DNA of 64,000 nt from a virus, in the IMG/VR virus record IMGVR_UViG_3300020401_001763, positions 4,952 through 68,951 of that record. The stretch is one strand, 5' to 3'. The notes beneath the pieces are model-generated. The model was not told the DNA's origin, did not search any database, and was given only the letters and a program-made list of their open reading frames with translations. Numbering within the stretch: position 1 is the stretch's first letter; each line of letters starts with the position of its first letter. Shown piece after piece: positions 35,203 to 45,878 of the stretch. A program made the translations under genes and the position numbers.

Positions 35203-36555
35203 ATGTCAAACACAGCATTAGCTCAACAACAAACTGACTTTCAAATTATAAGTGCAGTTATTTCGAGTGATAGAAGTCCGGTAGGAATTGATATCGCAAA
35301 AGTCATAAGTGACTTTGTAATTTATGAACATATAGAAAAGGCGTATCTTACGGCTAGATTTGTATTTTACGATCAAGAAAATATAGTTCAAGATATGGAC
35401 TTTCAAGGTGGAGAAAAATTAACACTTACACTACAACACTCTGAAGAAAGAATTACAGGAAACGATATAGAAAAAGTATTTCTTATCGATAAGATTGATA
35501 ACATATTTAAAGTGGACGAGAGAAATGAATCAGTTGTTATACACTGTATTGAATATCATGCTTTTGAATCTGCCGCTCAAAATATAAGTAAGTCATATTC
35601 CGGAGCTCCTTCGAAGATTATTAAAAAGATATTAAACGAATATTTAGATAAAGAATTACTCATAGATGATGTTGATGCTATAAATGATCTTAAAGTAATA
35701 ATACCAAATTTAGATCCAATTGAAGCTTGTAACTGGCTGAAAAAAAGAGTCTTATCTCAATCTGGTCTTCCTTTTTATCTTTATTCTGCTTTAGGCGTAA
35801 ATAACTTGGTACTAAAAAGTTTAGATAAGATGTTAACACAAACACCACTTAATTTAAATACACCCTACATATATGCACCGAGTGTAACCTCTAACGATGC
35901 AGGTAGTCAAAAATATTATCTTATAGAAAACTATGAATATAATAGTGGAGAAAAATTAATGCCATTAGTAATGGAAGGATTAGTAGGAGCTGAATATCAA
36001 TTTTTTAATACAATGACAGGAACTCCTACTAAGATTCATTTTGACGTTGATGAAGATCTATTTAGTCCACTGGTAGTAGACAATAAATTAGGCGCTCAAA
36101 ATACAAGATATAACTATGCACCTGGGTATAAAATTAAAGATAAGCCATTGAGCCAACTTGACTCTAGATCGATAACTCAAATATCATCGTCTGGAGCGTA
36201 CAAGCAACTTCAAGGTAGTTTTAAAAGTTATAACGATGAATCGGCATCTGGACAACATAGAAGAAAAGCCATTGGTGCTGCAGTAAAGAAATTTGTAACT
36301 AAGACTCCATTAAGAATTACTGTATCAGGCCGAGAGTTTTTAACTGGAGATGAAAACTATACCATTGGTAAAACAATACGAGTCTTGTTCTTAGATAACA
36401 CGCAAGAATCTGGAGAACAAAGACCAAAATACGATCAAAAAAAATCAGGTGATTACATTATATTTGCCACTGAACATATATTTAAAACAGAAAGATATGA
36501 CGTGAACTTGTTACTTGGTAAAGTAGCTTCTGTCGGAGAGGAGCCAATTACATGA
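35203..36555 (+). CDS. baseplate hub protein (gp27-like)
   Basis: Lies between gp53 and gp5; IYE.I, GGEK and SGDYII.A..H.F motifs. Confidence 0.55.
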   Translation: MSNTALAQQQTDFQIISAVISSDRSPVGIDIAKVISDFVIYEHIEKAYLTARFVFYDQENIVQDMDFQGGEKLTLTLQHSEERITGNDIEKVFLIDKIDNIFKVDERNESVVIHCIEYHAFESAAQNISKSYSGAPSKIIKKILNEYLDKELLIDDVDAINDLKVIIPNLDPIEACNWLKKRVLSQSGLPFYLYSALGVNNLVLKSLDKMLTQTPLNLNTPYIYAPSVTSNDAGSQKYYLIENYEYNSGEKLMPLVMEGLVGAEYQFFNTMTGTPTKIHFDVDEDLFSPLVVDNKLGAQNTRYNYAPGYKIKDKPLSQLDSRSITQISSSGAYKQLQGSFKSYNDESASGQHRRKAIGAAVKKFVTKTPLRITVSGREFLTGDENYTIGKTIRVLFLDNTQESGEQRPKYDQKKSGDYIIFATEHIFKTERYDVNLLLGKVASVGEEPIT

Positions 36556-37397
36556 GTTTTTATGGTGATCAAACTCGATGGTTTGTTGGCACGGTTGTTG
36601 ATGTCAATGATCCACTTAAACTAGATAGAGTGCGAGTTAGAATACACGGTGTTCATTCGTCTAATACAGTTGATATTCCTAACCAAGATTTACCATGGGC
36701 GCAGGTTAACATACCAGTTACTGAAGATGGAAGTTCTGGATTAGGTGCAAATTGTAATTTGAAGAATAGAGCACAAGTCTTCGGTATATTTTTAGACGGC
36801 AAAAATTCTCAACTTCCTCTAGTCTTAGGTTCAATACCTAAAATAGAATTAGATGACAATGAATTATCTGAACAATTAGATAAGGCTGATTCTTTAATAG
36901 ATATACAAATAACAGGAAATACTAATACTGAAAAAGCTTTTAATTTTTTCGTTTCAGAAGCTGGTGGTGGATTTACAGAGAAACAAGCTTGTGGAATGAT
37001 TGGTAATTTTATGGTAGAATCTGGTGCAAATGCTAATAATGGAGACTTAAATCCTTCAGCCAGATCTGGATTCGAAGATGAAAATAGTTTTGGAATCGCG
37101 CAATGGAATCCAGCAAAGGCAGCTGGAAATAGGTTTGGTCAATTAGTAGATTTTGCTAATCAAAGAAATTTAAATTATAGAGATATAGAAACACAACTTA
37201 AGTTTGTAAAGTTCGAACTAGAAACTACACCATACTTAGGTCTTGGTAAATTAAGAAAAACAAAAACAGTAAAAGAAGCAACTATAGTGTTTCAAGATAA
37301 GTATGAAAGACCAAATAAAGATTTAGCTCATACTAACCAAAGAGTAGCTTTTGCTAATGAGGTCTATAAAAAATTAGGTATAGGAGCAACGACGTAA
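36552..37397 (+). CDS. 5: gp5 N-terminal OB domain fused to a phage tail lysozyme domain
   Basis: WFVGTVVDVNDPLKLDRVRVRIHGVH..LPWA; then G.IGNFM.ES, GIAQW, QL.F...EL and F...YERP motifs. Confidence 0.8.
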   Translation: MSFYGDQTRWFVGTVVDVNDPLKLDRVRVRIHGVHSSNTVDIPNQDLPWAQVNIPVTEDGSSGLGANCNLKNRAQVFGIFLDGKNSQLPLVLGSIPKIELDDNELSEQLDKADSLIDIQITGNTNTEKAFNFFVSEAGGGFTEKQACGMIGNFMVESGANANNGDLNPSARSGFEDENSFGIAQWNPAKAAGNRFGQLVDFANQRNLNYRDIETQLKFVKFELETTPYLGLGKLRKTKTVKEATIVFQDKYERPNKDLAHTNQRVAFANEVYKKLGIGATT

Positions 37398-39599
37398 ATG
37401 GCGATTGAAGAAGGAAGAGGCAGATCGGTACAAATTCCGAACGACGTTAACGTTTTAGAAATCATACAAGTTACTGTATTTCAAAATCAAAGTTCTATCG
37501 GAAAAAGACTCTTTACTGGTCAATTTACTTTTAGCAATAATAAGGTAACTGTAAAAACAAAGAAGCCACAGTTTAAAATAAAAGTTGAATACGAAAAATC
37601 TGTATCTCGAGAAGAGTTTCAACAGTCAGTTCCTCCTGAGTTATTCAATGCGGTAACTAATATTGAGGCACAGATAAAACCTCAAATGTTAGCAACCGCT
37701 GAAAATGTAAAAGCCGAAAGAAGTTTACTTGAAGGTGCACCTATTAATAATATGGGCGAATCACTAGCAGGTATAAAAAGCTTGTTTGCAGGTGGAAAGC
37801 CTATAAAAGCTTTTAGAAAAAAAGCAGCACCGAGTGTATTGGAAGAAAATGCTGGTGAAGGCATTGGTGTAGTAACAAATGCACTAGCTAATGAAACTAA
37901 AACTTTATTTGGAGATACTGGAATACAACCAAAAGCTTTTCTAAAATCAGTAGTTGCAGATGGAAGTGCAAAAGCTCAACTTAGAACTTTTCAAAAAAAT
38001 TTAAATCTTAAACCAGAAAAAGCGAGACAGATATTAACTAAATTCAAACCAGCAACTGATAAACTATCAGCGTCAACTGGTAATATCTTAGAAAAAGCAA
38101 TGCAAAATTTTCAATCTGGTAGAAGTCCACAAAAACAAATAACAACACAAACTCAAAAAACTATAAAAGAAAAAACTAGTGAAATATTTAATCAAGGTGA
38201 TCCATTGAGTTCAGATATTTTTGGTAAAATATCGAAAGCGGCTGGAAGAAGTGGAACTAATATTCAAGCTGCTTTGGCCGCAGTAAAAACAAAAGGTGTA
38301 AAGCCTATCAATCCACTTAATGGTTTGCCAGATATTTCAGGTGACATTAAGAATAAGTTTGGTGCTTTAGCCCCAGGAGCTGTAGTTCCAGAAGGATTTA
38401 AAGAGCCACCAAATTTTATTGAAGGATTAGATTTTAAGACTGGAAAACCTAACTTTGATACTAATCTATCTAAGTTGATTGGTAAAAGTGAACTTACTGC
38501 TGACGCGATAACACCATCTTTTATTAAAGATCTACAACAGCATGCTGGTGGTTTTACTGGACTTACAACACCAAGTGATTATGCTTTTGAAGTTATTGAT
38601 GGATTTAATGAATTAAAAACAGACTTTGAAAATTCTCAAAGAGGAAAAGAAGATACAAAAAGATCTATAAGAACATTAGTTATAGGCTGGACTGCAAAAG
38701 TTTGGGGAGGACCAAAAGAAGTAAACGCGAAAAGATTACATGAATTATCCATTGAAGCTCAAAAGAACGCACTTGTAAAAGAATTTCAAAGTCAAGGTAA
38801 TTCTGCTAGTGATGCTGTTAAAAAAGCAGATACAAAGATGAAGAATAAACCATTTGATTTTGGATTACAAGCTCATTATGTTATTCTTACAAATGGATCT
38901 ATACAAAGAGGAAGACCTATAGACCTTACTAGATCTGAAACTATGTTTGATTTAGACGGTGTTCAACTTACTATTGTAGCTTCGGAAAAGCATCCGGTTA
39001 ACGCAGATCAACAAAGAGCGTTGGAAAACTTTACAAAATTATTTTATGAATCTTTTGAAGGTGCTAACGTGTTTGGAGATTACGAGTATGATTTAAGATA
39101 CTTAGGTCCTGGGATAGATGTTGAAGCTCTTAGAGAAAAGTTTAGTAAAGTAAATAATGTAGAGGACCCAACAAAAATAACTTCGTCACCTACTAAAAAA
39201 GAAGCTGCGTTTATCAAACCAAAGAAACTAGCAAAGCCAGCAGAAACTGCTTTTAATTCAAAGCGTAAATTTAGCTTTGATAAAGTGGCTCAAGACTTTG
39301 ATAAGATTAATCAAGTCGATGGCACTAAGATACAAAAAGACTTAGATGCGGCTATAGGTGAGATGAATACAGGCCTTGATAAAATTTCTAGTGATGACTT
39401 TGACTTACAAGCCGAAATAGAAAAAGCTAAAAATGCTCAGAATGGTTCTATTGGTAAGTTTAATTCTGATAATATCATCAAAAATAAAACAGCTGCCATC
39501 GATAAAGCTGCTGGAGCTTTTAATAGAAATATAAAAGACGTTGCAGGTAATAACAAAATAGCTAACACTATAGCAAACAAATTAGGATTTTTAAGATAA
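37398..39599 (+). CDS. large baseplate-associated protein with degenerate amidase-like domain
   Basis: AHYVILTNGSIQRGRP resembles Amidase_2; lies between the gp5 parts. Confidence 0.5.
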   Translation: MAIEEGRGRSVQIPNDVNVLEIIQVTVFQNQSSIGKRLFTGQFTFSNNKVTVKTKKPQFKIKVEYEKSVSREEFQQSVPPELFNAVTNIEAQIKPQMLATAENVKAERSLLEGAPINNMGESLAGIKSLFAGGKPIKAFRKKAAPSVLEENAGEGIGVVTNALANETKTLFGDTGIQPKAFLKSVVADGSAKAQLRTFQKNLNLKPEKARQILTKFKPATDKLSASTGNILEKAMQNFQSGRSPQKQITTQTQKTIKEKTSEIFNQGDPLSSDIFGKISKAAGRSGTNIQAALAAVKTKGVKPINPLNGLPDISGDIKNKFGALAPGAVVPEGFKEPPNFIEGLDFKTGKPNFDTNLSKLIGKSELTADAITPSFIKDLQQHAGGFTGLTTPSDYAFEVIDGFNELKTDFENSQRGKEDTKRSIRTLVIGWTAKVWGGPKEVNAKRLHELSIEAQKNALVKEFQSQGNSASDAVKKADTKMKNKPFDFGLQAHYVILTNGSIQRGRPIDLTRSETMFDLDGVQLTIVASEKHPVNADQQRALENFTKLFYESFEGANVFGDYEYDLRYLGPGIDVEALREKFSKVNNVEDPTKITSSPTKKEAAFIKPKKLAKPAETAFNSKRKFSFDKVAQDFDKINQVDGTKIQKDLDAAIGEMNTGLDKISSDDFDLQAEIEKAKNAQNGSIGKFNSDNIIKNKTAAIDKAAGAFNRNIKDVAGNNKIANTIANKLGFLR

Positions 39600-40993
39600 T
39601 GACAGAAATATTCGAAAATTTAGATCAAAATGTAAATCCAGCTAAATTAAGAGAATTAGAAAATGCTCAGCATGGCTATGAAGATCCTGAAGGTGTGTTT
39701 CCTAAGCCTGAATATCTTCAAGGATCTGGAGTAAACGACAAAGCAAGAGGCTCTAAAAGAACTAATGTATATTTAGGTGGAAGTGTTTCAGGTTTAGATT
39801 TAGAACTTGAATCTGAACCAGTGTCTGTATATCCAAACAATCAAGTTAAAGAAACAGCTTCTGGCCATATTATTGAATATGATGATACACCAAATGCTCA
39901 AAGAGTCATGATACGCCATAGAACAGGATCAGGCGTAGAGATGAGAGCAGATGGAACTGTCATTTATAGTTCTACAAAAAATACAGTAAGAGTTACTGCA
40001 GAAGACGAGAAAGTTATCGTAGATGGTGATGGTGAACTTCACTATAATGGTAACCTTAAATTAAAAGTTGCCGGAGATTTTGACATTGAAGTTGGTGGTG
40101 ACTTCAATATAAAAACTGACGGTGATTTAGAACAGACAGTAAAAAGAGGATTTATTCAAGAGATTGCTGGAAATCAAGAAATTGAAATTGTTGGTAGCAA
40201 AACTGAACAAATTGCCGGTACTAAATCAGAAGTAATACTTGGAGATAGATTTGAAACTATTAAAGGTAACGTAACACAGATAGTTGGATCTAACGTAACT
40301 CAAACTTACGGTGATACTTTAATCCTTACAGCAGAAAACGAAATAACACTTTCAACAAGAAGTGCTAATATCGCTTCTTCTTCTCTGTTAGTGGCAGGAG
40401 ACAGTGGAACTATTGGTGGAGAAGAAATGGTAGTATACGGAAAGACCGCTCATATTCCAAGAATTAACTCAACTGAAATGACTTCAACAACTTTTAGAGG
40501 CGATTTAGTTGGTACAGCCACTCAAGCAATTGATGCCAATCAATCGGCAAAAGCTTTAGTTGCAACTTCATTAGGTGCAGGTGCTGGTACTGGTGGACAT
40601 AGCGCAACTGATACTACAGCGACAAATAAGAATACTGTTCAAGTTACAAATGCTGTAGCTCAAGCTATATTAAACAATTCTCCAAAAGGGATAAGAAGAG
40701 TTGACGTTGATGATGGTAATTTCTTAAAAGATAAAATTGATCAAACTACAAATTATGGTGGCGTGTCAAAAACCTTGCTCACAACTAGAGAAGCAAGATC
40801 AAAGTTAAGGGACGCTAATAATTTAAATAATGAAGAGTTTATTGGAGCAATTTTATCTGAAGGTATAATATCTCCTGGGTTTGCTAACATAGCTCCTGGG
40901 AAAACTGGAAGAATAATTGGTAGTGAAAAGTCGCCTATGAGACCAGATCAACCGGTCGGTAGAGCAGCTACTACTTCAAAGTTATTTACATAA
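39599..40993 (+). CDS. gp5 C-terminal part (beta-helix needle)
   Basis: YPNNQVKETASGHIIEYDDTP..R..IRHRTG motif followed by V.G/I.G repeats. Confidence 0.8.
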   Translation: MTEIFENLDQNVNPAKLRELENAQHGYEDPEGVFPKPEYLQGSGVNDKARGSKRTNVYLGGSVSGLDLELESEPVSVYPNNQVKETASGHIIEYDDTPNAQRVMIRHRTGSGVEMRADGTVIYSSTKNTVRVTAEDEKVIVDGDGELHYNGNLKLKVAGDFDIEVGGDFNIKTDGDLEQTVKRGFIQEIAGNQEIEIVGSKTEQIAGTKSEVILGDRFETIKGNVTQIVGSNVTQTYGDTLILTAENEITLSTRSANIASSSLLVAGDSGTIGGEEMVVYGKTAHIPRINSTEMTSTTFRGDLVGTATQAIDANQSAKALVATSLGAGAGTGGHSATDTTATNKNTVQVTNAVAQAILNNSPKGIRRVDVDDGNFLKDKIDQTTNYGGVSKTLLTTREARSKLRDANNLNNEEFIGAILSEGIISPGFANIAPGKTGRIIGSEKSPMRPDQPVGRAATTSKLFT

Positions 40994-41005
40994 TTAGGTA
41001 AACGA

Positions 41006-41647
41006 ATGGCAAAAACATATAAGACTACATACTTTCCTGATCCAAAGTTTAATCCTTTGTTTCAAGAAGAGATAACTAGCAGAACTAGATTAGCGCCTGG
41101 GATTACTATGGCTACTTTTTTAGGAGGTCTTGGTGATCCAGTTACATTGACTCATATAATTGAAGATGACGATAGAATGCGATTAGCAAAACAATATGTG
41201 TTACAAGCTCGGGCTATGAAGGTAGTTAACTCTGCTACTTGTAGTAGAGAGTTTGCTAATCATAGATTGCAAGTCGTCGAAGGCTTATACCGGGCTGAGC
41301 CGGGTGAGACTCTTGATGTCAGTGATGGAATAAATTATTTAATGTCAAGAGGCCGTGCAGTAGTCTATGAACTCATAGACGAAAATGGTCAAGTAGATAA
41401 TGAAAAAACATTTGACTTAGCAATATATCTTAAAAACTTATTACAGTTTGATAAGTTAATATTAGATTACGATATCTATAATCCTGATGGAAGTTTAAAC
41501 GTTCAGTTGATATTGGTGATGCCAGAGATTATTCCTCCATGGACAGTAACTTATCAAAATGAAGTTGAAACCAGATTTAATAATTACGTGCAGTCTACTA
41601 ACGAACTAATGGAAATTTTAGATCCAAACGAAGAAATTTCGTTATAA
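41006..41647 (+). CDS. hypothetical protein, degenerate peptidase M15-like
   Basis: EGLYR, GRAV and FDKLILDY resemble the M15 scaffold, but the Zn ligands are missing. Confidence 0.4.
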   Translation: MAKTYKTTYFPDPKFNPLFQEEITSRTRLAPGITMATFLGGLGDPVTLTHIIEDDDRMRLAKQYVLQARAMKVVNSATCSREFANHRLQVVEGLYRAEPGETLDVSDGINYLMSRGRAVVYELIDENGQVDNEKTFDLAIYLKNLLQFDKLILDYDIYNPDGSLNVQLILVMPEIIPPWTVTYQNEVETRFNNYVQSTNELMEILDPNEEISL

Positions 41648-41650
41648 ATA
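41643..41650 (+). promoter_or_regulatory. T4-type late promoter TATAAATA
   Basis: Exact consensus upstream of gp25. Confidence 0.75.
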
Positions 41651-41668
41651 GACAATAAAGGAAATATA

Positions 41669-42112
41669 ATGCCAGCAAGAGCTTTTTCAATAGAAGATGG
41701 AAATCTTGGTAATAAAACCATAACTACGGCCAGAACCGTAGGTTATCAAGATATAGACCTGTCATTTACAAAGAAGCCTTCTGGAGATATTTTTAAAAAG
41801 AGTAACGCAGCGGCAGTAAAACAAGCTGTAAGAAATTTGTTACTTACAAATTTTGCAGAGAAACCTTTCTTGCCGAGATATGGTGGTGATTTAAATTCAA
41901 TGCTTTTTAGATTAAGCACTGATATTGATGATGATTCGCTAGAAGAGAGAATAATAAAGTCAATAGAAGACTTCGAACCTAGGGCAAAAGTACTTAACAT
42001 AAATAGTATCATAAGTCCAGACGAGAACGAAGTAAAAGTTACGGTGTTCTTTCAAGTTGTTAATACAGCTCAACAGGTGCAAGTGGAAGTTTCTTTAACG
42101 AGGTTAAGATAA
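41669..42112 (+). CDS. 25: baseplate wedge gp25
   Basis: YQDIDLSF, AVKQAVRNLLLTN..EKPF.P.YG and FEPR motifs. Confidence 0.9.
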   Translation: MPARAFSIEDGNLGNKTITTARTVGYQDIDLSFTKKPSGDIFKKSNAAAVKQAVRNLLLTNFAEKPFLPRYGGDLNSMLFRLSTDIDDDSLEERIIKSIEDFEPRAKVLNINSIISPDENEVKVTVFFQVVNTAQQVQVEVSLTRLR

Positions 42113-43942
42113 ATGGCAACAACAATTAAATCAACTCAATTAGATTTTGATACTATCAAAACTAAACTTAAAGACTTTCTTAAACAAAAAACAGAATTTG
42201 CTGATTACGATTTTGAAGCTTCTGGACTAAGTAATGTACTAGACGTTTTAGCTTATAACACACATTTCAATGGTCTTATTGGTAACTTTGCCTTAAATGA
42301 AAGCTTTTTAAATACAGCACAGCTTCGAAGTTCAATAGTTTCTCATGCTGAAGCTTTAGGATATGTTCCAAGATCTTACTCGTCTGCTCAAGCTAAACTT
42401 AACTTATCTCTTTCTGTGGCTTCGTCAACTAGACCAACTGCAATCACACTGCCAAGAAACACGCAGTTTACAACTTCAGTTGATGATGTTTCTTATACGT
42501 TTCAAACTCGAGAAAATTTTACGGCTTTAGATGATGGAGCAGGACTTTATCAGTTCTTAGATGGAAATGGTCAAACTGGTATTCCAGTATTCGAAGGACA
42601 AGAAAAAACAAAGACTTTCTTTGTTGGTGAAACTGGTGATTCACAAATTTACGTTATTCCAGATGTTACAATGGACACCACTACTATCAGAGTAAGAGTG
42701 TTTGCGACTGCATCATCAACGGCTTTTGATACTTATACTAATATTAATCAAGCGATAAGAATAACAAATACTTCTACACTCTTTCAAATAAAAGAAGTTC
42801 CAAATGGCTACTTTGAAGTAATATTTGGAGATGGTATATCTACTGGAAAAGCCCCAGAAGCTGGAAATAAAATTGTAATTGATTATCTATCTACTAAAGC
42901 TACAGCCGCTAACGGAGCTTCTTCGTTCTCGCCTACAACTACTATCACCGTAGATGGATCACCAATTAATTTAACTACCGTTACTGAAAGTAACGCATCA
43001 GGCGGAGCGTTTAAAGAAAGTATAGAATCAATAAGACAAAATGCTCCTATATCTTTCACGGCCCAAAGAAGACTCGTTACTGCAGAAGACTATACTGCTC
43101 AAATTTTGGCAAACTACGGTTCGTTCTTAGATGACGTAACTTCATTTGGCGGAGCTGATAATCAACCTCCTCAGTTTGGAAAAGTATTTGTTGGACTTAA
43201 GTTTAAATCCAATATCGCTGATGACACTCAACAGAACGTTAAAGATACTATAAGAACAGAACTTACAGATAACTTAGCCATAATGTCTATCGATACAGTT
43301 TTTGTCGATCCTATAACTACAAATGTTCAAATAAATACTACTTTTAACTTAGATCCAGACTTAACGAGTTCTACGTCTAAAACAGTTGAAAATCTAGTTC
43401 AAACGACTATTAATAACTTCTTCTCTACTAACTTAAATAAGTTTAACAAAGTGTTTAGAAGATCTAACTTATTAACTCAACTAGACGCTTTGGACGAAGC
43501 TATTCTTAACTCTAAGATGGATGTAAAACTTAATCAAACTTTTACTCCATCGGTAGGAGAAACACTTCAATATACTGTTAACTTTCCAGTGGCCATAGCC
43601 ACGCCAGATGATGTTAATCATACTTTGACTACTTCAAGATTTACTTTAAATGGGCAAACTTGTACCATTAAAAATCTTTTAAAGTCTACTAAATTACAAG
43701 TTTTTAATAATGATGGTGACGTTGTTGTAGATAATATAGGCTCATACGTAGGTGCTACTGGTACTGTTACTTTTACAGGATTTAATCCTTCTGCATTTGA
43801 AGGCTCTGGCATAAGAGTAGATATTACTCCAGCAAATCAAAATACAATAAGACCTCTACGTAATTATATTCTAGATATTGATAGAACATTATCAACTTCT
43901 AAAGCTCAACTAGATTTTCAGAATACGCAGGTAACATTATAA
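42113..43942 (+). CDS. 6: baseplate wedge gp6
   Basis: LDFD.IK..LK, DYDFEASGL..LDVLAYNTH, FGDG, ESIESIR.NAP and RLVTAEDY motifs. Confidence 0.92.
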   Translation: MATTIKSTQLDFDTIKTKLKDFLKQKTEFADYDFEASGLSNVLDVLAYNTHFNGLIGNFALNESFLNTAQLRSSIVSHAEALGYVPRSYSSAQAKLNLSLSVASSTRPTAITLPRNTQFTTSVDDVSYTFQTRENFTALDDGAGLYQFLDGNGQTGIPVFEGQEKTKTFFVGETGDSQIYVIPDVTMDTTTIRVRVFATASSTAFDTYTNINQAIRITNTSTLFQIKEVPNGYFEVIFGDGISTGKAPEAGNKIVIDYLSTKATAANGASSFSPTTTITVDGSPINLTTVTESNASGGAFKESIESIRQNAPISFTAQRRLVTAEDYTAQILANYGSFLDDVTSFGGADNQPPQFGKVFVGLKFKSNIADDTQQNVKDTIRTELTDNLAIMSIDTVFVDPITTNVQINTTFNLDPDLTSSTSKTVENLVQTTINNFFSTNLNKFNKVFRRSNLLTQLDALDEAILNSKMDVKLNQTFTPSVGETLQYTVNFPVAIATPDDVNHTLTTSRFTLNGQTCTIKNLLKSTKLQVFNNDGDVVVDNIGSYVGATGTVTFTGFNPSAFEGSGIRVDITPANQNTIRPLRNYILDIDRTLSTSKAQLDFQNTQVTL

Positions 43943-43943
43943 T

Positions 43944-44897
43944 ATGTCGCAAAATCCACATCTTAATAGAAGACCTAGAAGTTTTCAAGTAAGAAAAGTT
44001 AGAGAATCTCTTCCGGAGTATTTTACTGCTGATTTTCCAAAGCTCGTATCTTTCTTAGAAAATTATTATGAGTTTATGGATTCTGATGGTCCTCATGGAT
44101 TTGGAGAAGACAATAGAAGACTATTTGACACGCGTGACATACATGCGACGCAGACTCAGTTTTTAAACAATCTTGTATCAGAAATTGCTGGTGGCTTAAA
44201 AACTGGTGAAAACTTTTCTGACGTAAGATTTGCTCTTACAAGACTTGCTCAATTTGCTCAACATAAAGGAAGTAGATTTTCTATTGAAGAGTTTTTTAGA
44301 TTATTCTTTCAACAAGCTGCAGAAGTTGAATATCCTAAGAGACAGATATTTACGGTTGGAGAATCAGAGATTGGTACGGAATCTCTAAAATTTATACAAA
44401 ATGCTGAATTGTACCAGATCTTTTCGCTACTTATTAAAGTAGGTATAGATACTTCTCAGTGGAGTGAGTTATATAAAAAGTTTGTACATCCTGCAGGATT
44501 TTTCTTTGCAGGAGAAGTTATAGTTGAAAGAGAAGCAAGTTTAAGTCTTTCTGCTCCGTTAGTTGTATTAGATTCAGCTGTTGGACCGATATTGACTTCT
44601 GAAGCTTTATTATCTCCGGTTTCATCGTTTACTCAGATGACTGGATTAATTGATTCAGATGCTACAACATTTAGAGTAGGCTTAGACCAAATTGTAAGTG
44701 TATATCAAAATCTTTCGGCTCAACAAATTGATAAATTTTATTCTAATACTGCACAACTTATTGGAGTTAACTCGTTCAAGTTTGATGATAGTGACATCGG
44801 AGACAGCGCAGGTGCAGCAAGACCTGACTTCTCGCTAACTACAGAGACTATGGACAATGAAATGTTCACTAGATACACCAGTGATTCATCTTTCTAG
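43944..44897 (+). CDS. baseplate wedge protein (gp7-like, short)
   Basis: FLENYYEFM, KGS..S...FFRLFF and VHPAGF motifs. Confidence 0.65.
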   Translation: MSQNPHLNRRPRSFQVRKVRESLPEYFTADFPKLVSFLENYYEFMDSDGPHGFGEDNRRLFDTRDIHATQTQFLNNLVSEIAGGLKTGENFSDVRFALTRLAQFAQHKGSRFSIEEFFRLFFQQAAEVEYPKRQIFTVGESEIGTESLKFIQNAELYQIFSLLIKVGIDTSQWSELYKKFVHPAGFFFAGEVIVEREASLSLSAPLVVLDSAVGPILTSEALLSPVSSFTQMTGLIDSDATTFRVGLDQIVSVYQNLSAQQIDKFYSNTAQLIGVNSFKFDDSDIGDSAGAARPDFSLTTETMDNEMFTRYTSDSSF

Positions 44898-44905
44898 TAT
44901 AAATA
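44898..44905 (+). promoter_or_regulatory. T4-type late promoter TATAAATA
   Basis: Exact consensus upstream of the gp9-like gene. Confidence 0.75.
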
Positions 44906-44927
44906 GAACAATATATCAGGAATTAAA

Positions 44928-45869
44928 ATGACTAGGCAAAACATTAATATTGGTAGTTCAGCAAATGACGGTACAGGAGATACTCTTCGTACTGCTGGAA
45001 CTAAAATAAATCAAAATTTAATAGAACTATATACCAGACTTGGTGGAGACAGCGCTACGCTTTCAACCGGAGTATCGTTTACAGATAGTGCGGTTGTTTT
45101 TGAAGGAGCTTCCATAGATTCTCATGAAACGTTCTTGATAGCTACAGATCCTACAGCCGATAGAACGATAAGTCTACCAAATGCCACTGGTACTATAGTG
45201 TTAAAAGATACCACTGACACATTAACGAATAAGACGTTAACTGCACCAATTATATCAACTATTTCAAATACTGGTACGATTACGTTACCAACTTCTACTG
45301 ACACATTAGTAGGAAGAGCTACAGCAGACACTTTAACAAATAAAACCTTAACGTCACCTACAATTTATAGGCCTAAGATTCAGCAATCAATAATTGATTC
45401 AGCTGGAGCCACTATGATCAACCTAACTTCTACTTCAAGTGCTGTTAATAATTTAAAGATAACTAACCAAGTGTCTGGAAGTAATCCAACAGTTCAAGCT
45501 GAAGGAGCTGATACAAATATTAACTTAAAACTAAACGGGCAAGGAAAAGGTTCTGTAGAAGTATCTAAACTTGCTTATACTTCTGCCACAGAAACGGCAG
45601 ATGGAGCGGTAGATTCTGCAGCCTCTCTTATTATTTGTAATAAGTCTGGCTCGCTTGCATTAGCTTTAGGCCCAGGAACTACTGCAGGAGAATTTAAAAT
45701 TTTTACAAACATTGGAACCGGTACCGCAACAGTTACTCCGCATCCTTTTGCTCAAGGTACCTCTTTTGATGTAACACAGAATAATGCAACACAGTGTATA
45801 TGGAATGGAACCAGCTGGTTTATGCTAGCAGGCGCGGATTCAGCCGGCACTGGTGTAACAATTACGTAG
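44928..45869 (+). CDS. baseplate/tail-fibre connector (gp9/gp10-like N-terminus)
   Basis: QNINIG..ANDGTGDTLR.AG.KIN.N..ELY motif; TLTNKTLT repeats. Confidence 0.7.
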   Translation: MTRQNINIGSSANDGTGDTLRTAGTKINQNLIELYTRLGGDSATLSTGVSFTDSAVVFEGASIDSHETFLIATDPTADRTISLPNATGTIVLKDTTDTLTNKTLTAPIISTISNTGTITLPTSTDTLVGRATADTLTNKTLTSPTIYRPKIQQSIIDSAGATMINLTSTSSAVNNLKITNQVSGSNPTVQAEGADTNINLKLNGQGKGSVEVSKLAYTSATETADGAVDSAASLIICNKSGSLALALGPGTTAGEFKIFTNIGTGTATVTPHPFAQGTSFDVTQNNATQCIWNGTSWFMLAGADSAGTGVTIT

Positions 45870-45878
45870 AGATAAAAA

